Position numbers and translations under genes: made by a program. Below, in pieces: positions 19,070 to 31,230 of a DNA stretch of 64,000 bases. The stretch spans positions 210 through 64,209 of the forward strand of contig JAQVKM010000004.1 in NCBI GenBank assembly GCA_028694645.1, read 5' to 3'. The notes below the pieces were generated by a model. The model ran no database searches. It was not told where the DNA came from and saw only the letters and a program-made list of their open reading frames with translations. Within the stretch, counting starts at the first letter, position 1. Every line of letters begins with the position of its first letter. The stretch is from Bacilli bacterium (GTDB taxonomy: Bacteria; Bacillota_I; Bacilli_A; RF39; UBA660).

Positions 19070-20692
19070 CTAATTATATTCTATTATAGATTCAAATAAT
19101 TCTTCTATATTGTTATTTTCTTTTTTACTAGTTAATAAAGGTTCTTCTATATATTCATATATTTTCTTTTTATTATTAAATTCGTTTTTAATAATATTCC
19201 ACTCTTCTTGACTTGTAGCTATGACTTTATAATCAAAATTAATATATTTTTTTATGCATTCTTCTATTTCAAATATTTTTTTATTAAATTCATTAGATAT
19301 TCTAACTGATTGATACACAAAAATTATTATATTATTACCAAATGCTTTTAATTCTCCATCTATAATTATTGAATAAATTTCTCCATATTTTTGATTTAAC
19401 ATCAAAGATGATAGATTTGATATTTGCTTTTTTATTTCTATTATCTTCTTTTTGTCAAAAGCACACAAAGTGTTATTTACCCTTATTTTCTTTAGTTTTT
19501 CTATTTTATCATCTAATAAAATAGTTTCTTCTTCACTTTTTTTAATTGTTTTGATAACACTTTGTTGTTCATCTTTTTTTTCTTGTTCTTTAGTTACTAT
19601 AATTTCTTTGTTTTTCCTTTCAGAAGACATCAATTTTATAATAAGTAATTCAAAAATTAATTTTGGATTATTACTATTTTTTAAATTGTTTATTTCTTCA
19701 TTAAATTCCTTTATATATAATAATAATATTTTATCATCTATAATATCTATCATTTTTTCATATATGCTATTCATTTCATTTCTATCTTTTAAGTAATTTG
19801 GAACCAATTTACACAATAATAAATTCTTCATAAATTCTATTATTTCTTCTGTTAGTTTTATAAAATCCTTACCATTTTCATCATAAAAATCTATTTTATT
19901 TAATATTTTTTCTAATTGTTTTAAAATTAATATTTCAATAAAACTACCTAATTCCTCTTTTGTTATTGTTCCATTTACTTCATGTACATCTTGAATTTGA
20001 ATATTATCATTTGCGTAAGAAATAACCTTATCTAACATACTTAAAGAATCTCTCATTCCACCATCTGACAATTTAGCTATTTCTAAAATTGCGTCTTCCG
20101 TTATTTCGATTTTTTCTTTTTTAGCAACATCAAATATCTTACTTTGAATTTCTGATAAAGTTAATTTTTTGAAATCAAATCTTTGGCATCTCGATAAAAT
20201 TGTTGAGGGAATTTTATGTGGTTCTGTTGTAGCAAGTATGAATATTATATGCGCTGGTGGTTCTTCAAGTGTTTTTAATAATGCATTAAATGCACCAGTT
20301 GTTAGCATATGTACTTCATCAATTATATATACTTTATATTTTCCACTACTAGGAACCAAATTAACTTTACTATTTAATTCTCTTATTTCATCAACACCAT
20401 TATTACTTGCAGCATCTATTTCCAATATATCAATAGATTGCTTATTTAATATTTGTGTACAACTAACACATTTATTACATGGTTTCATATCAATTAAATT
20501 ATCACAATTAATTGTTTTAGCTAATATTTTAGCAACACTTGTTTTTCCAGTTCCTCTTGGGCCAGTGAACAAATATGCATGACTAATTTTGTTGTTTTTA
20601 ATTGAATTTTTTAGAGTTGTGACAATAACATTTTGTCCAATTACTTCATCAAATGTTTTTGGTCTATATTTTCTATACAAACTTTGGTACAT
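19070..20692 (-). CDS. dnaX: DNA polymerase III subunit tau/gamma
   Basis: Start moved to MYQSLYRKYRP (GAGGTG RBS). It has Walker A (GPRGTGKTS) and a zinc module (CDNLIDMKPCNKCVSC). Confidence 0.95.
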   Translation of the reverse strand: MYQSLYRKYRPKTFDEVIGQNVIVTTLKNSIKNNKISHAYLFTGPRGTGKTSVAKILAKTINCDNLIDMKPCNKCVSCTQILNKQSIDILEIDAASNNGVDEIRELNSKVNLVPSSGKYKVYIIDEVHMLTTGAFNALLKTLEEPPAHIIFILATTEPHKIPSTILSRCQRFDFKKLTLSEIQSKIFDVAKKEKIEITEDAILEIAKLSDGGMRDSLSMLDKVISYANDNIQIQDVHEVNGTITKEELGSFIEILILKQLEKILNKIDFYDENGKDFIKLTEEIIEFMKNLLLCKLVPNYLKDRNEMNSIYEKMIDIIDDKILLLYIKEFNEEINNLKNSNNPKLIFELLIIKLMSSERKNKEIIVTKEQEKKDEQQSVIKTIKKSEEETILLDDKIEKLKKIRVNNTLCAFDKKKIIEIKKQISNLSSLMLNQKYGEIYSIIIDGELKAFGNNIIIFVYQSVRISNEFNKKIFEIEECIKKYINFDYKVIATSQEEWNIIKNEFNNKKKIYEYIEEPLLTSKKENNNIEELFESIIEYN

Positions 20693-20755
20693 ATTTTTCA
20701 CCTCATCTTATTTATTATAACATTATCAAAAACAATATAAAAGAAAATAGGTTTT

Positions 20756-21187
20756 CTATTTTCTTCTTTTGTCGAAAAATTTTTTTAATAATTCTTTTGA
20801 TTCTTTTTCTAAAACACCACTACAAATATTTAAATTATATTCATTATTATTAAGTGATTCTAACATTCCAAATTTTTCACTTTTCGTTGCATAATATATT
20901 TTTTTAATTCTTGATTGAATTATAGCACCAGTACACATCATACATGGTTCTAGTGTTGTATATAATATACAATCATTCAAATGCCATGATTTTATTTTTT
21001 TACAAGCTTTGTTTATTGCCAGTATTTCTGCATGAGCTGTTACCTGCTTTGTTTTTTCTTTTTTATTGTGTGCTTTTGATATAATTTTGTTGTTTTTCAC
21101 AATTACACACCCTATTGGTATTTCTTGTTTTTTATACGCTTTTTTTGCTTCATTAATAGCTATTTTCATAAATTTTTCATCAAACAT
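20756..21187 (-). CDS. tadA: tRNA-specific adenosine deaminase
   Basis: Start moved to MFDEKFMKIA (AGGTG RBS). It has CDA zinc motifs HAE and PCMMC. Confidence 0.9.
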   Translation of the reverse strand: MFDEKFMKIAINEAKKAYKKQEIPIGCVIVKNNKIISKAHNKKEKTKQVTAHAEILAINKACKKIKSWHLNDCILYTTLEPCMMCTGAIIQSRIKKIYYATKSEKFGMLESLNNNEYNLNICSGVLEKESKELLKKFFDKRRK

Positions 21188-21199
21188 ATAACACCTCAT

Positions 21200-21279
21200 A
21201 AAAAAAGACACACACATTTAGAGATTTTTAAGGCTGCTATCTTCCGATTCTGACCTGTTTCAAACATAAATGTTGTGTC
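21200..21279 (-). ncRNA. ffs: Small (4.5S-type) signal recognition particle RNA
   Basis: The minus strand reads GACACAACAUUUAUGUUUGAAACAGGUCAGAAUCGGAAGAUAGCAGCCUUAAAAAUCUCUAAAUGUGUGUC followed by U7. It contains the conserved domain IV motif CAGGUCAGAAUCGGAAGAUAGCAGCC (GGAA tetraloop, SRP54-binding loops). A 12-bp terminal helix pairs GACACA-CAUUUA with UAAAUG-UGUGUC. The region is GC-enriched, and a TTGAAA -35 element lies upstream. Confidence 0.6.
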
Positions 21280-21358
21280 ATAATAATGATATATTATTTT
21301 TGTTTTTTTTTCAATATAATTTTATGTTATTTAATAAATATATTTTTATTTATTTTAA

Positions 21359-21374
21359 TGTTTCACGTGAAACA
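21359..21374. other. parS centromere-like site 1 (TGTTTCACGTGAAACA)
   Basis: Perfect 16-bp palindrome matching the Bacillota parS consensus TGTTNCACGTGAAACA; extended to 18 bp it reads ATGTTTCACGTGAAACAT. Confidence 0.8.
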
Positions 21375-21401
21375 TTATTTTTTTAAATATGACAATTCAT
21401 A

Positions 21402-21417
21402 TGTTCCGCGTGAAACA
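21402..21417. other. parS site 2 (TGTTCCGCGTGAAACA, one mismatch)
   Basis: One substitution (A to G at position 7) relative to the parS consensus. Centre lies 43 bp from site 1. Confidence 0.65.
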
Positions 21418-21443
21418 TAATACAATTAATTTTTTTATTTTTA

Positions 21444-21459
21444 TGTTCCACGTGAAACA
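21444..21459. other. parS site 3 (TGTTCCACGTGAAACA)
   Basis: Exact match to the B. subtilis parS consensus. Centre lies 42 bp from site 2, and the site abuts the gyrA terminator hairpin (21461..21482). Confidence 0.8.
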
Positions 21460-21471
21460 TAAAAAAGAACA

Positions 21472-23925
21472 TTACTGTTCTTCTTCTATAATTTCTTCTT
21501 CATCTACCTTGTTAACAAGAGCAATACTACTTACTTTTTGATCATCTTTGAGATTAATCAATCTGACTCCTTGTGCAACTCTTCCTGTTGATGAAACTTG
21601 ATCTGAAGATATTCTTATAACTATTCCACTATTAGTAATAATTAATAAGTCTTCTCCACCTTTTATCATTTTAAATGAAACTATATTCCCGTTTTTAGAA
21701 GTAATATTTAATGCTTTTACACCTTTACTTCCTCTGTGAGTCATTCTATATTCGTTTATTTCCGTTTTTTTACCATAACCATTTTCTGTAACAATTAAAA
21801 CCTCATCACTAATTTTTTCTTCGCCATCGGCAACTTCACAACCAACACATATGCCACCATCTGTATTTATTCCACGAACACCAGATGCAGTTCTTCCCAT
21901 TATTCTAATTTCTTCTTCATTGAATCTAATCATTCGTCCATTTGATGAAGCAATTAAAATTTGATTTTTACCTGTTGTCTTCTTAACAGATATTAGTTGA
22001 TCATCATCTTTTAAAGTTATTGCTATTTTACCATTTGCTCTTATGTTGTCAAATTCAGAAATGCTTGTTTTCTTTATCAAACCATTTTGTGTACAAAATA
22101 CAATATTATTATTTTCTTCTTCTGATTTTACTCTTAGCATAGCTCTAACTGTTTCTTCTTTATCAAGAGGTAATAAATTTACGATAGGTAATCCTTTTGA
22201 TTGTCGACTATATAAAGGTACTTCATAACCCTTAATTCTATATACCTTACCTTTGTTTGTAAAGAATAACAAATAATCGTGTGTTGTCATTGAAATAATA
22301 TTTTCAACAAAATCTTCTTCGTTCGTTGTTATTCCTTTTATTCCAACTCCACCGCGATTTTGGGAACGATATACATCGCAATTCATTCTTTTAATATATC
22401 CTTTATTTGTAAGAGTTACAATAATATTTTCTACTGGAATTAATGATTCATCTTCAATATATTCTATAGCATTCATATCAATATGTGTTACTCTTTCAGT
22501 AGCATATTTTTTCTTTATTTCTAACATTTCCTCTTTAATTATAGCTAGTATTTTTTCCTCACTAGCTAATATAGCTTTTAATTCTTCAATTATTTTTTTT
22601 AATTCTTCTAATTCTTCTTCTATTTTATCTTTTTCTAGTCCTGTTAATTTTCTTAATTTCATTTCTAAAATAGCTTCAGTTTGTATTTCATCTAAACCAA
22701 ATTTTACAGCTAATTCTTCTTTAGCAGCAACATCCGTTTTTGATTCTTTTATTATTTTAATTACCGCATCTATATTATCAAGAGCTATTTTTAGTCCCTC
22801 TAATATATGTGCTCTTTGTATTTTTTTATCTAAATCAAATTTGGTTCTTCTATATATTACTTCTTTTTGAAAATCAATGTAATTACTAATTATTTCTTTT
22901 AAGCCTAATGTTTGTGGTCTTCCTTGATATAACATTAATAAATTAATTCCATATGAAGTTTGTAATTGTGTATGCTTATAAAGATTGTTTAAAACAACAT
23001 TCGGATTTGCATCTCTTTTAAGTTCTATCACAATTTTTAATCCATCATTAAATGATGTTTCTTCCCTCAAATCTGATATACCATCTATTATTTTATCTCT
23101 TACTAATTCTGCTATACGAGTGATTAGTGCCGAAGTATTAACTTGATATGGAACCTCTGTAATAATTAGTTCATATCGATCTTTTTTTTCTATAACATCT
23201 ACTTTTCCTCTTATAGCAATAGAACCTTTACCTGTCTCATAAGCCTTTTTAATTCCACTATTTCCAAGTATTGATCCTCCTGTTGGAAAATCTGGTCCTT
23301 TTACATATTGCATTAATCCTAAAACATCTATTTCAGGGTTATCTATGAATGCTACACACCCATCTATTATTTCTCCTAAATTATGAGGAGGAATATTTGT
23401 TGCCATCCCAACCGCTATTCCCATTGTTCCATTAACAAGAATGTTTGGAAATCTACTTGGTAAAACTTGTGGTTCCCTTCTTGTTGAATCAAAGTTATCA
23501 TCAAAATCAACAGTATCTTTATTTATATCTCTTAAAACTTCCATGGCTATTTTTGATATTCTTGATTCTGTATATCTATATGCTGCTGCCGTACTTCCAT
23601 CTATTGCACCAAAATTTCCATGTCCATCAATTAATGGATGTCTATAACTAAAATCTTGTGCCATTCTTACCATTGCATCATATACGGCTGTATCACCATG
23701 TGGATGGTAATTACCAATAACTGCTCCTACTGTTTTTGCACATTTTACATAAGCTTTATCAGGAGTAAATCCTGATTCTAACATTGTGTACAAAATACGT
23801 CTATGTACTGGTTTTAATCCATCTCTTAAATCTGGAATAGCTCTTGATATAATAACACTCATAGAATATTCAAGAAAAGAGTTTTGCATCTCTTTTACTA
23901 TATTAGTACTTTTTAATTTATCCAT
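21472..23925 (-). CDS. gyrA: DNA gyrase subunit A
   Basis: 817 aa with active-site Tyr region (AAAMRYTE-like AAYRYTESR), QRDR and C-terminal beta-pinwheel repeats. Confidence 0.97.
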   Translation of the reverse strand: MDKLKSTNIVKEMQNSFLEYSMSVIISRAIPDLRDGLKPVHRRILYTMLESGFTPDKAYVKCAKTVGAVIGNYHPHGDTAVYDAMVRMAQDFSYRHPLIDGHGNFGAIDGSTAAAYRYTESRISKIAMEVLRDINKDTVDFDDNFDSTRREPQVLPSRFPNILVNGTMGIAVGMATNIPPHNLGEIIDGCVAFIDNPEIDVLGLMQYVKGPDFPTGGSILGNSGIKKAYETGKGSIAIRGKVDVIEKKDRYELIITEVPYQVNTSALITRIAELVRDKIIDGISDLREETSFNDGLKIVIELKRDANPNVVLNNLYKHTQLQTSYGINLLMLYQGRPQTLGLKEIISNYIDFQKEVIYRRTKFDLDKKIQRAHILEGLKIALDNIDAVIKIIKESKTDVAAKEELAVKFGLDEIQTEAILEMKLRKLTGLEKDKIEEELEELKKIIEELKAILASEEKILAIIKEEMLEIKKKYATERVTHIDMNAIEYIEDESLIPVENIIVTLTNKGYIKRMNCDVYRSQNRGGVGIKGITTNEEDFVENIISMTTHDYLLFFTNKGKVYRIKGYEVPLYSRQSKGLPIVNLLPLDKEETVRAMLRVKSEEENNNIVFCTQNGLIKKTSISEFDNIRANGKIAITLKDDDQLISVKKTTGKNQILIASSNGRMIRFNEEEIRIMGRTASGVRGINTDGGICVGCEVADGEEKISDEVLIVTENGYGKKTEINEYRMTHRGSKGVKALNITSKNGNIVSFKMIKGGEDLLIITNSGIVIRISSDQVSSTGRVAQGVRLINLKDDQKVSSIALVNKVDEEEIIEEEQ

Positions 23926-23936
23926 TTATATCACCT

Positions 23937-26967
<3,031 letters not shown>

Positions 26968-27061
26968 TGCTCACCTACTTTTTTTATTTTAAAATATATT
27001 TAAGAAAAAAACTACATTTCAAATACTCCTATACACACTTAACATTATATCACAAAATAGA

Positions 27062-27090
27062 CTAAAAAAATAAGCTTTTTAGCTTATTTT
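27062..27090. terminator. Hairpin terminator between the ComK-like gene and recF
   Basis: AAAATAAGC-TTTTTA-GCTTATTTT with flanking T runs on the minus strand. Confidence 0.4.
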
Positions 27091-27098
27091 ATCTTTTT

Positions 27099-27548
27099 TT
27101 ATGATATTCTTCTACTTCTTAATTTGTTTTCTAAATATGATGATCTAAATATTTGATTTTCTAATGAATAATATGATATATCAAGAGAAAAAGAAAATCC
27201 ATTTTTAAATATTATTGTTGTTTTATTATCCTCCTTTTTTATTGAATTAATTTTTTTAGATGAAATCCAATGACATTTCCCATACTTTGGTGAACAAGTT
27301 GGAAAAAAAATAATTTCTCTTATTTCATCAATTATAATTGGTAATTTATAATTATAGCCTATAACTGATTTAGTTCCCTGATATCTACCTGCATATGAAC
27401 TCCCAAAAAAACGACAGCTATAATCTATTATTTCATTAGCTGATTTATTTATCAAATATTTATTATCTTCTTCTATAACCTCCGAAACACTATTTGATAA
27501 TGGTGTAATCATCAATGTAGATGGATTTATTTCATAATTATCTAACAT
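27099..27548 (-). CDS. comK: ComK-family transcriptional regulator (competence transcription factor-like)
   Basis: 149 aa. The core DYSCRFFGSSYAGRYQGTKSV...PIIIDEIREIIFFPTCSPKYGKCHWIS...FSLDISYYSLENQIFRSSYL aligns with B. subtilis ComK (DRSCRFFGSSYAGRKAGTYEV...PIMVDPSNQIFLFPTLSSTRPQCGWIS...ELPISYNSFENQVYRTAWL). It has a strong GGGGGAGGTG RBS and is preceded by its own TTGACA -35 element downstream of the dnaN terminator hairpin (27655..27678). Confidence 0.75.
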   Translation of the reverse strand: MLDNYEINPSTLMITPLSNSVSEVIEEDNKYLINKSANEIIDYSCRFFGSSYAGRYQGTKSVIGYNYKLPIIIDEIREIIFFPTCSPKYGKCHWISSKKINSIKKEDNKTTIIFKNGFSFSLDISYYSLENQIFRSSYLENKLRSRRIS

Positions 27549-27675
27549 ATTTCACCTCCCCCTAAATAGACAAATATCGCCTAATGCGGAATAATATAAC
27601 AGGTACATATGTCAAAAAATATCAAAATTTGTCATGAAATGAAAAAAAAATAAAAAAAATTGAGAATAACTCAAT

Positions 27676-28797
27676 TTAGTATGTTCTAATTGGTAATATC
27701 AATTGAATTAAATCATCACTTTCTGTATTTTTAACAATTATAGGATGTATTTCATCATTAAATAATAATTCTATTTCATTACATTCAAAAGATTTAATTG
27801 CATCCATCATGTATTTTGAACTAAAAGATATTGAAATATCTTCATCATCTCTTTTAATAATTTCTATTTTTTCTTCAACATTTCCTATTTCTGGAATACT
27901 TGATGATATTATTATTTGTTTGTTATTAGAGACTAATTTAATTGTATTTTTATCAGATTCATTTGTAAGTAATGAAGCTCTATCTATTGCATCAATAAAA
28001 TCAAATAAATTTACATTAATATGAATAGAAAACGAATCTGGAATTAATTTAGAAGTATCAGGATATGTTCCATTTATTAAACGTGACATAATTATAATAC
28101 TATTAAATTTAAATATAACTTTATTATTAAAAATATGTAATTCTATTTTTTCTTCATCATCATTTAATAATTTAACAATTTCATTTACATTTTTATTTGG
28201 TATAACTATGTTTACTTCATTATCTAAATTACTTTCTATTTCAATTCTTTTTCTAGCTAATCGATATGAATCTGTAGCTGTACATTCTAAAATATTATTA
28301 TCGATTTTAAAATTTATTCCTGTTAATATTGGTCTTGACTCTTGTAAAGATGCCGCAAAAGATGTTTGTTTTATAATATTTTTAAAAACTTTTTTTGATA
28401 TAAAAACAGGATTTTTAGTATCACTTAAATCAATATCTGGAAATTCACTTGGATCATTACAATTTAAATTAAATGAAGAAGTATTTGTTGTTATATATAT
28501 TTTATTATCTAACACCTCTTCTATTTTTACTAAAGAATTTGGTAATTTTTTTATAATGTCATAAATAAATCTTCCAGACACAACTATAATTCCACATTTT
28601 TCAATATTTTCAATATCTTTTTTATCTATAAATGTTTTAATTGCTATTTCATTATCAGTACTTGTTAAATATAAACCTTCTTCTTCTAATTCAAATTTTA
28701 TACAATTAAGTACAGGGATTATATTTTTATTAGATATTCCTTTTATAACATAATTTAAATGTTCAATTAATATATTTTGTTTAATTTCTAATTTCAT
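27676..28797 (-). CDS. dnaN: DNA polymerase III beta sliding clamp
   Basis: 373 aa with a typical three-domain beta clamp (MKLEIKQNIL...LPIRTY). Confidence 0.95.
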   Translation of the reverse strand: MKLEIKQNILIEHLNYVIKGISNKNIIPVLNCIKFELEEEGLYLTSTDNEIAIKTFIDKKDIENIEKCGIIVVSGRFIYDIIKKLPNSLVKIEEVLDNKIYITTNTSSFNLNCNDPSEFPDIDLSDTKNPVFISKKVFKNIIKQTSFAASLQESRPILTGINFKIDNNILECTATDSYRLARKRIEIESNLDNEVNIVIPNKNVNEIVKLLNDDEEKIELHIFNNKVIFKFNSIIIMSRLINGTYPDTSKLIPDSFSIHINVNLFDFIDAIDRASLLTNESDKNTIKLVSNNKQIIISSSIPEIGNVEEKIEIIKRDDEDISISFSSKYMMDAIKSFECNEIELLFNDEIHPIIVKNTESDDLIQLILPIRTY

Positions 28798-28945
28798 TTT
28801 AATTCTCCTTTATTATTATTTTAATATTTATTATTATTATTGGTGTAGATTATGTGTAAAACTTAATAATTCTTTAATATATAAAGGATTATTTTTGTTT
28901 TAATATGTTTAAAAAAAGTTAAATAAAATTTTGTTATCCACATAA
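28798..28945. other. oriC part 2: AT-rich unwinding region plus DnaA box in the dnaA-dnaN spacer
   Basis: Perfect DnaA box TTATCCACA at 28934..28942, a degenerate box at 28853..28861, and about 130 bp of more than 85% AT. This is a bipartite oriC as in B. subtilis (incC/DUE). Confidence 0.5.
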
Positions 28946-30298
28946 TTAATGTAATTCATTTATTATTTTATTTACTTCATTATTTAAATCATTATTAGTT
29001 TTCAACTGTTTTTTAATTTTTTCCACAGAATGCATAACTGTTGTATGATCTTTTCCACCAAATTCAATTCCTATTTTAGGTAAAGATTCTTCCAAATGAA
29101 TTCTGCATATATACATTGCTATTTGTCTTGGAAATGATATAGTAGCTACTCTTCTTTTACTTTTTAAATCTTCAACTGAAATATTAAAATTTCTTGCAAC
29201 TAGCTGTTGAACTTGATCAATTTTATTTTTTGATATGATACTTTTAACAAAATAATCTTTTAAAGCTTCAATAGCCAGTTCTAAAGTAATATCAGATCCA
29301 TTCATCATCGTAGCATATGCAATAACTCTTGTAATAGCTCCTTCTAATTTTCTAATATCTGCTGTACAATTACTAGCTATATATTCTTTAACATCTTGTG
29401 GAAAATTTCCAACAAGAACATGATTTTCAATTTTTTTATCTATTATATTCATTCTTAATTTGAAATCAGGTACTAAAATGTCAATGGTTAAACCCCATGT
29501 AAATCTTGTTTTAAGTCTATCTTCAAGTAATTTTAAATCATCTGGTGATCTATCCGAAGAAATAATAATTTGTTTATTATTACCATATAATTCATTAAAA
29601 GTATGAAAAAATTCTTGCTGTGTTTTTGCCATATTTCCTAAATATTGTATATCATCAATCATTAAAACATCAATATTTCTGTATTTTTGTTTAAATATAT
29701 TGGTTTTATCAATATTAGTACCATCATCATCTTTTTTTTGTATACCAACAAAATCAGATATAAATTTTTCACTAGTTACATAAAGAACTTTCTTTTTACT
29801 ATTTTTAACTATATAATTTCCAATTGCATGCATCAAATGAGTTTTACCAAGTCCACTATTTCCATATATAAATAACGGATTATACATATTTCCAGGATAT
29901 TCCGCAACAGCAAAAGCACTAGTTCTAGCAAATTTGTTACTTTCACCTACTATAAAATTATCAAAATTATAATGTGGATTTAAATTAGATTCAAAATTAA
30001 CAATTGAAGGAACCCCTATTGCATCGGTATCAATATTTATATTAGTATCAATTTCTTCTTTTGTAAAATATTCAAATTTAAAATTAGAACCACTTACATC
30101 AGTAAAAATTTCCTCAATTAAATCATTATAATTTTCTTTTAAACTTTTTTTATGAATATGCATAGGAACAATAACTTTTGCAGAATTATCTGATAAATCA
30201 TATAATTCTGTTTCTGAAAACCATGTATCATATGATACAGAAGAAAGTTCATTTTTCATTTTATCTAAAAATGAATTCCACAAAGCTTTAGTGTTCAT
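28946..30298 (-). CDS. dnaA: Chromosomal replication initiator protein DnaA
   Basis: 450 aa with AAA+ Walker A (GNSGLGKTHL), sensor motifs and the C-terminal DNA-binding helix (HTTVMHSVEKI). Confidence 0.97.
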   Translation of the reverse strand: MNTKALWNSFLDKMKNELSSVSYDTWFSETELYDLSDNSAKVIVPMHIHKKSLKENYNDLIEEIFTDVSGSNFKFEYFTKEEIDTNINIDTDAIGVPSIVNFESNLNPHYNFDNFIVGESNKFARTSAFAVAEYPGNMYNPLFIYGNSGLGKTHLMHAIGNYIVKNSKKKVLYVTSEKFISDFVGIQKKDDDGTNIDKTNIFKQKYRNIDVLMIDDIQYLGNMAKTQQEFFHTFNELYGNNKQIIISSDRSPDDLKLLEDRLKTRFTWGLTIDILVPDFKLRMNIIDKKIENHVLVGNFPQDVKEYIASNCTADIRKLEGAITRVIAYATMMNGSDITLELAIEALKDYFVKSIISKNKIDQVQQLVARNFNISVEDLKSKRRVATISFPRQIAMYICRIHLEESLPKIGIEFGGKDHTTVMHSVEKIKKQLKTNNDLNNEVNKIINELH

Positions 30299-30715
30299 TT
30301 AAAAATCACCCCCATTTTTAAAGAATTAACTAATTACATTTTACAATATTTCCCACAAAAATAAAAGAAGAAAATGAAAAAATGTGGAAAAAAATAAATA
30401 AAAATAGTTATAAACAAAATTTTCCACATTAAAAATCAATAAAATTATAATAATTTATTTGTTTTACACAGGAAAAGTTGAAAAGTTTTACAAAATTATT
30501 AACATATTAACATATATGTATAAAGATTTATTAACAAGTTTGTGGAAAATGATTGGAAAATATTATAAAATAAAGTAAAAATAAAAAAATAATAGTGGAA
30601 AAAGGTGTTAATTAAAAAAAAGTTAATATTAAATCAAAAAAGTTTGACAAAATAGATAAACATCTATATAATTATAAAAGCAGTGAGATATTTTAGATCA
30701 GGAGGTGTTTAATAT
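30299..30715. other. oriC part 1: DnaA-box cluster between dnaA and rpmH, including the rpmH promoter
   Basis: Single-mismatch DnaA boxes TTTTCCACA at 30420..30428 and, in reverse orientation, TGTGGAAAA at 30383..30391 and 30541..30549. Weaker boxes lie at 30349..30357, 30462..30470 and 30594..30602. dnaA and rpmH are divergent here, and gene strands switch around this point. The rpmH promoter has -35 TTGACA (30644..30649), a 17-nt spacer and -10 TATAAT (30667..30672). Confidence 0.6.
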
Positions 30716-30838
30716 ATGAAAAGAACTTATCAACCTAATAATAGAAAAAGAAGTAAAAAACAAGGTTTTTTTGCCCGTATGAAAACAAATATCATAAATA
30801 GAAGAAGAAGAAAAGGACGTAAAGTTTTATCTCATTAA
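30716..30838 (+). CDS. rpmH: 50S ribosomal protein L34
   Basis: Untracked 40-aa [43 protein letters not shown] with a GGAGGTG RBS. A terminator hairpin AGCCACTT-TTATG-AAGTGGCT plus a T run follows at 30843..30873. Confidence 0.85.
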   Translation: MKRTYQPNNRKRSKKQGFFARMKTNIINRRRRKGRKVLSH

Positions 30839-30885
30839 TAGTAGCCACTTTTATGAAGTGGCTTTTATTTTAAAAAGGTGATGTT

Positions 30886-31230
30886 ATGAAAAAAATAAAT
30901 ATAATAAAAGAAAGTACCGAATATAGTAGAATTATAAAAGAAATACAACCTTTTAAATATAAAGAATATTTAATTTTTTTAGAGAAAAAAAATAATCAAT
31001 TATATAAATTTGGTTTTTCTATTAGTAAAAAAATATGCAATGCTGTTAAAAGAAATAAAATAAAAAGACAATTAAAAGATATAATTGATGCAAAAGACTA
31101 TAAAAATGATTTCAATTGTATTATAATGGTTAGGAGAAGTATTTTAGATATTGACTATGAAACAATGAAAAAAGATTTATATCATTGCTTTGAAAAACTA
31201 GATATATATAAAGGAGATAAAAATGAATAA
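30886..31230 (+). CDS. rnpA: Ribonuclease P protein component
   Basis: 114 aa with FGFSISKKICNAVKRNKIKRQLKD matching the RnpA RNR motif. Confidence 0.85.
   Translation: MKKINIIKESTEYSRIIKEIQPFKYKEYLIFLEKKNNQLYKFGFSISKKICNAVKRNKIKRQLKDIIDAKDYKNDFNCIIMVRRSILDIDYETMKKDLYHCFEKLDIYKGDKNE

Noticed and set aside
20702-20755. SRP RNA expected between tadA and dnaX as in B. subtilis
   Set aside because: The 54-bp gap holds only a terminator hairpin (GAAAATAG-GTTTT-CTATTTTC). The SRP RNA motif is instead found upstream of tadA at 21200..21279.
21358-21460. TTTCACGTGAAA palindromes considered as a Rex/redox repressor operator or generic E-box-like regulator site
   Set aside because: Rex boxes are TTGTGAA-N4-TTCACAA, the opposite half-site orientation. 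These sequences instead match the 16-bp parS consensus TGTTNCACGTGAAACA at 15-16 of 16 positions.
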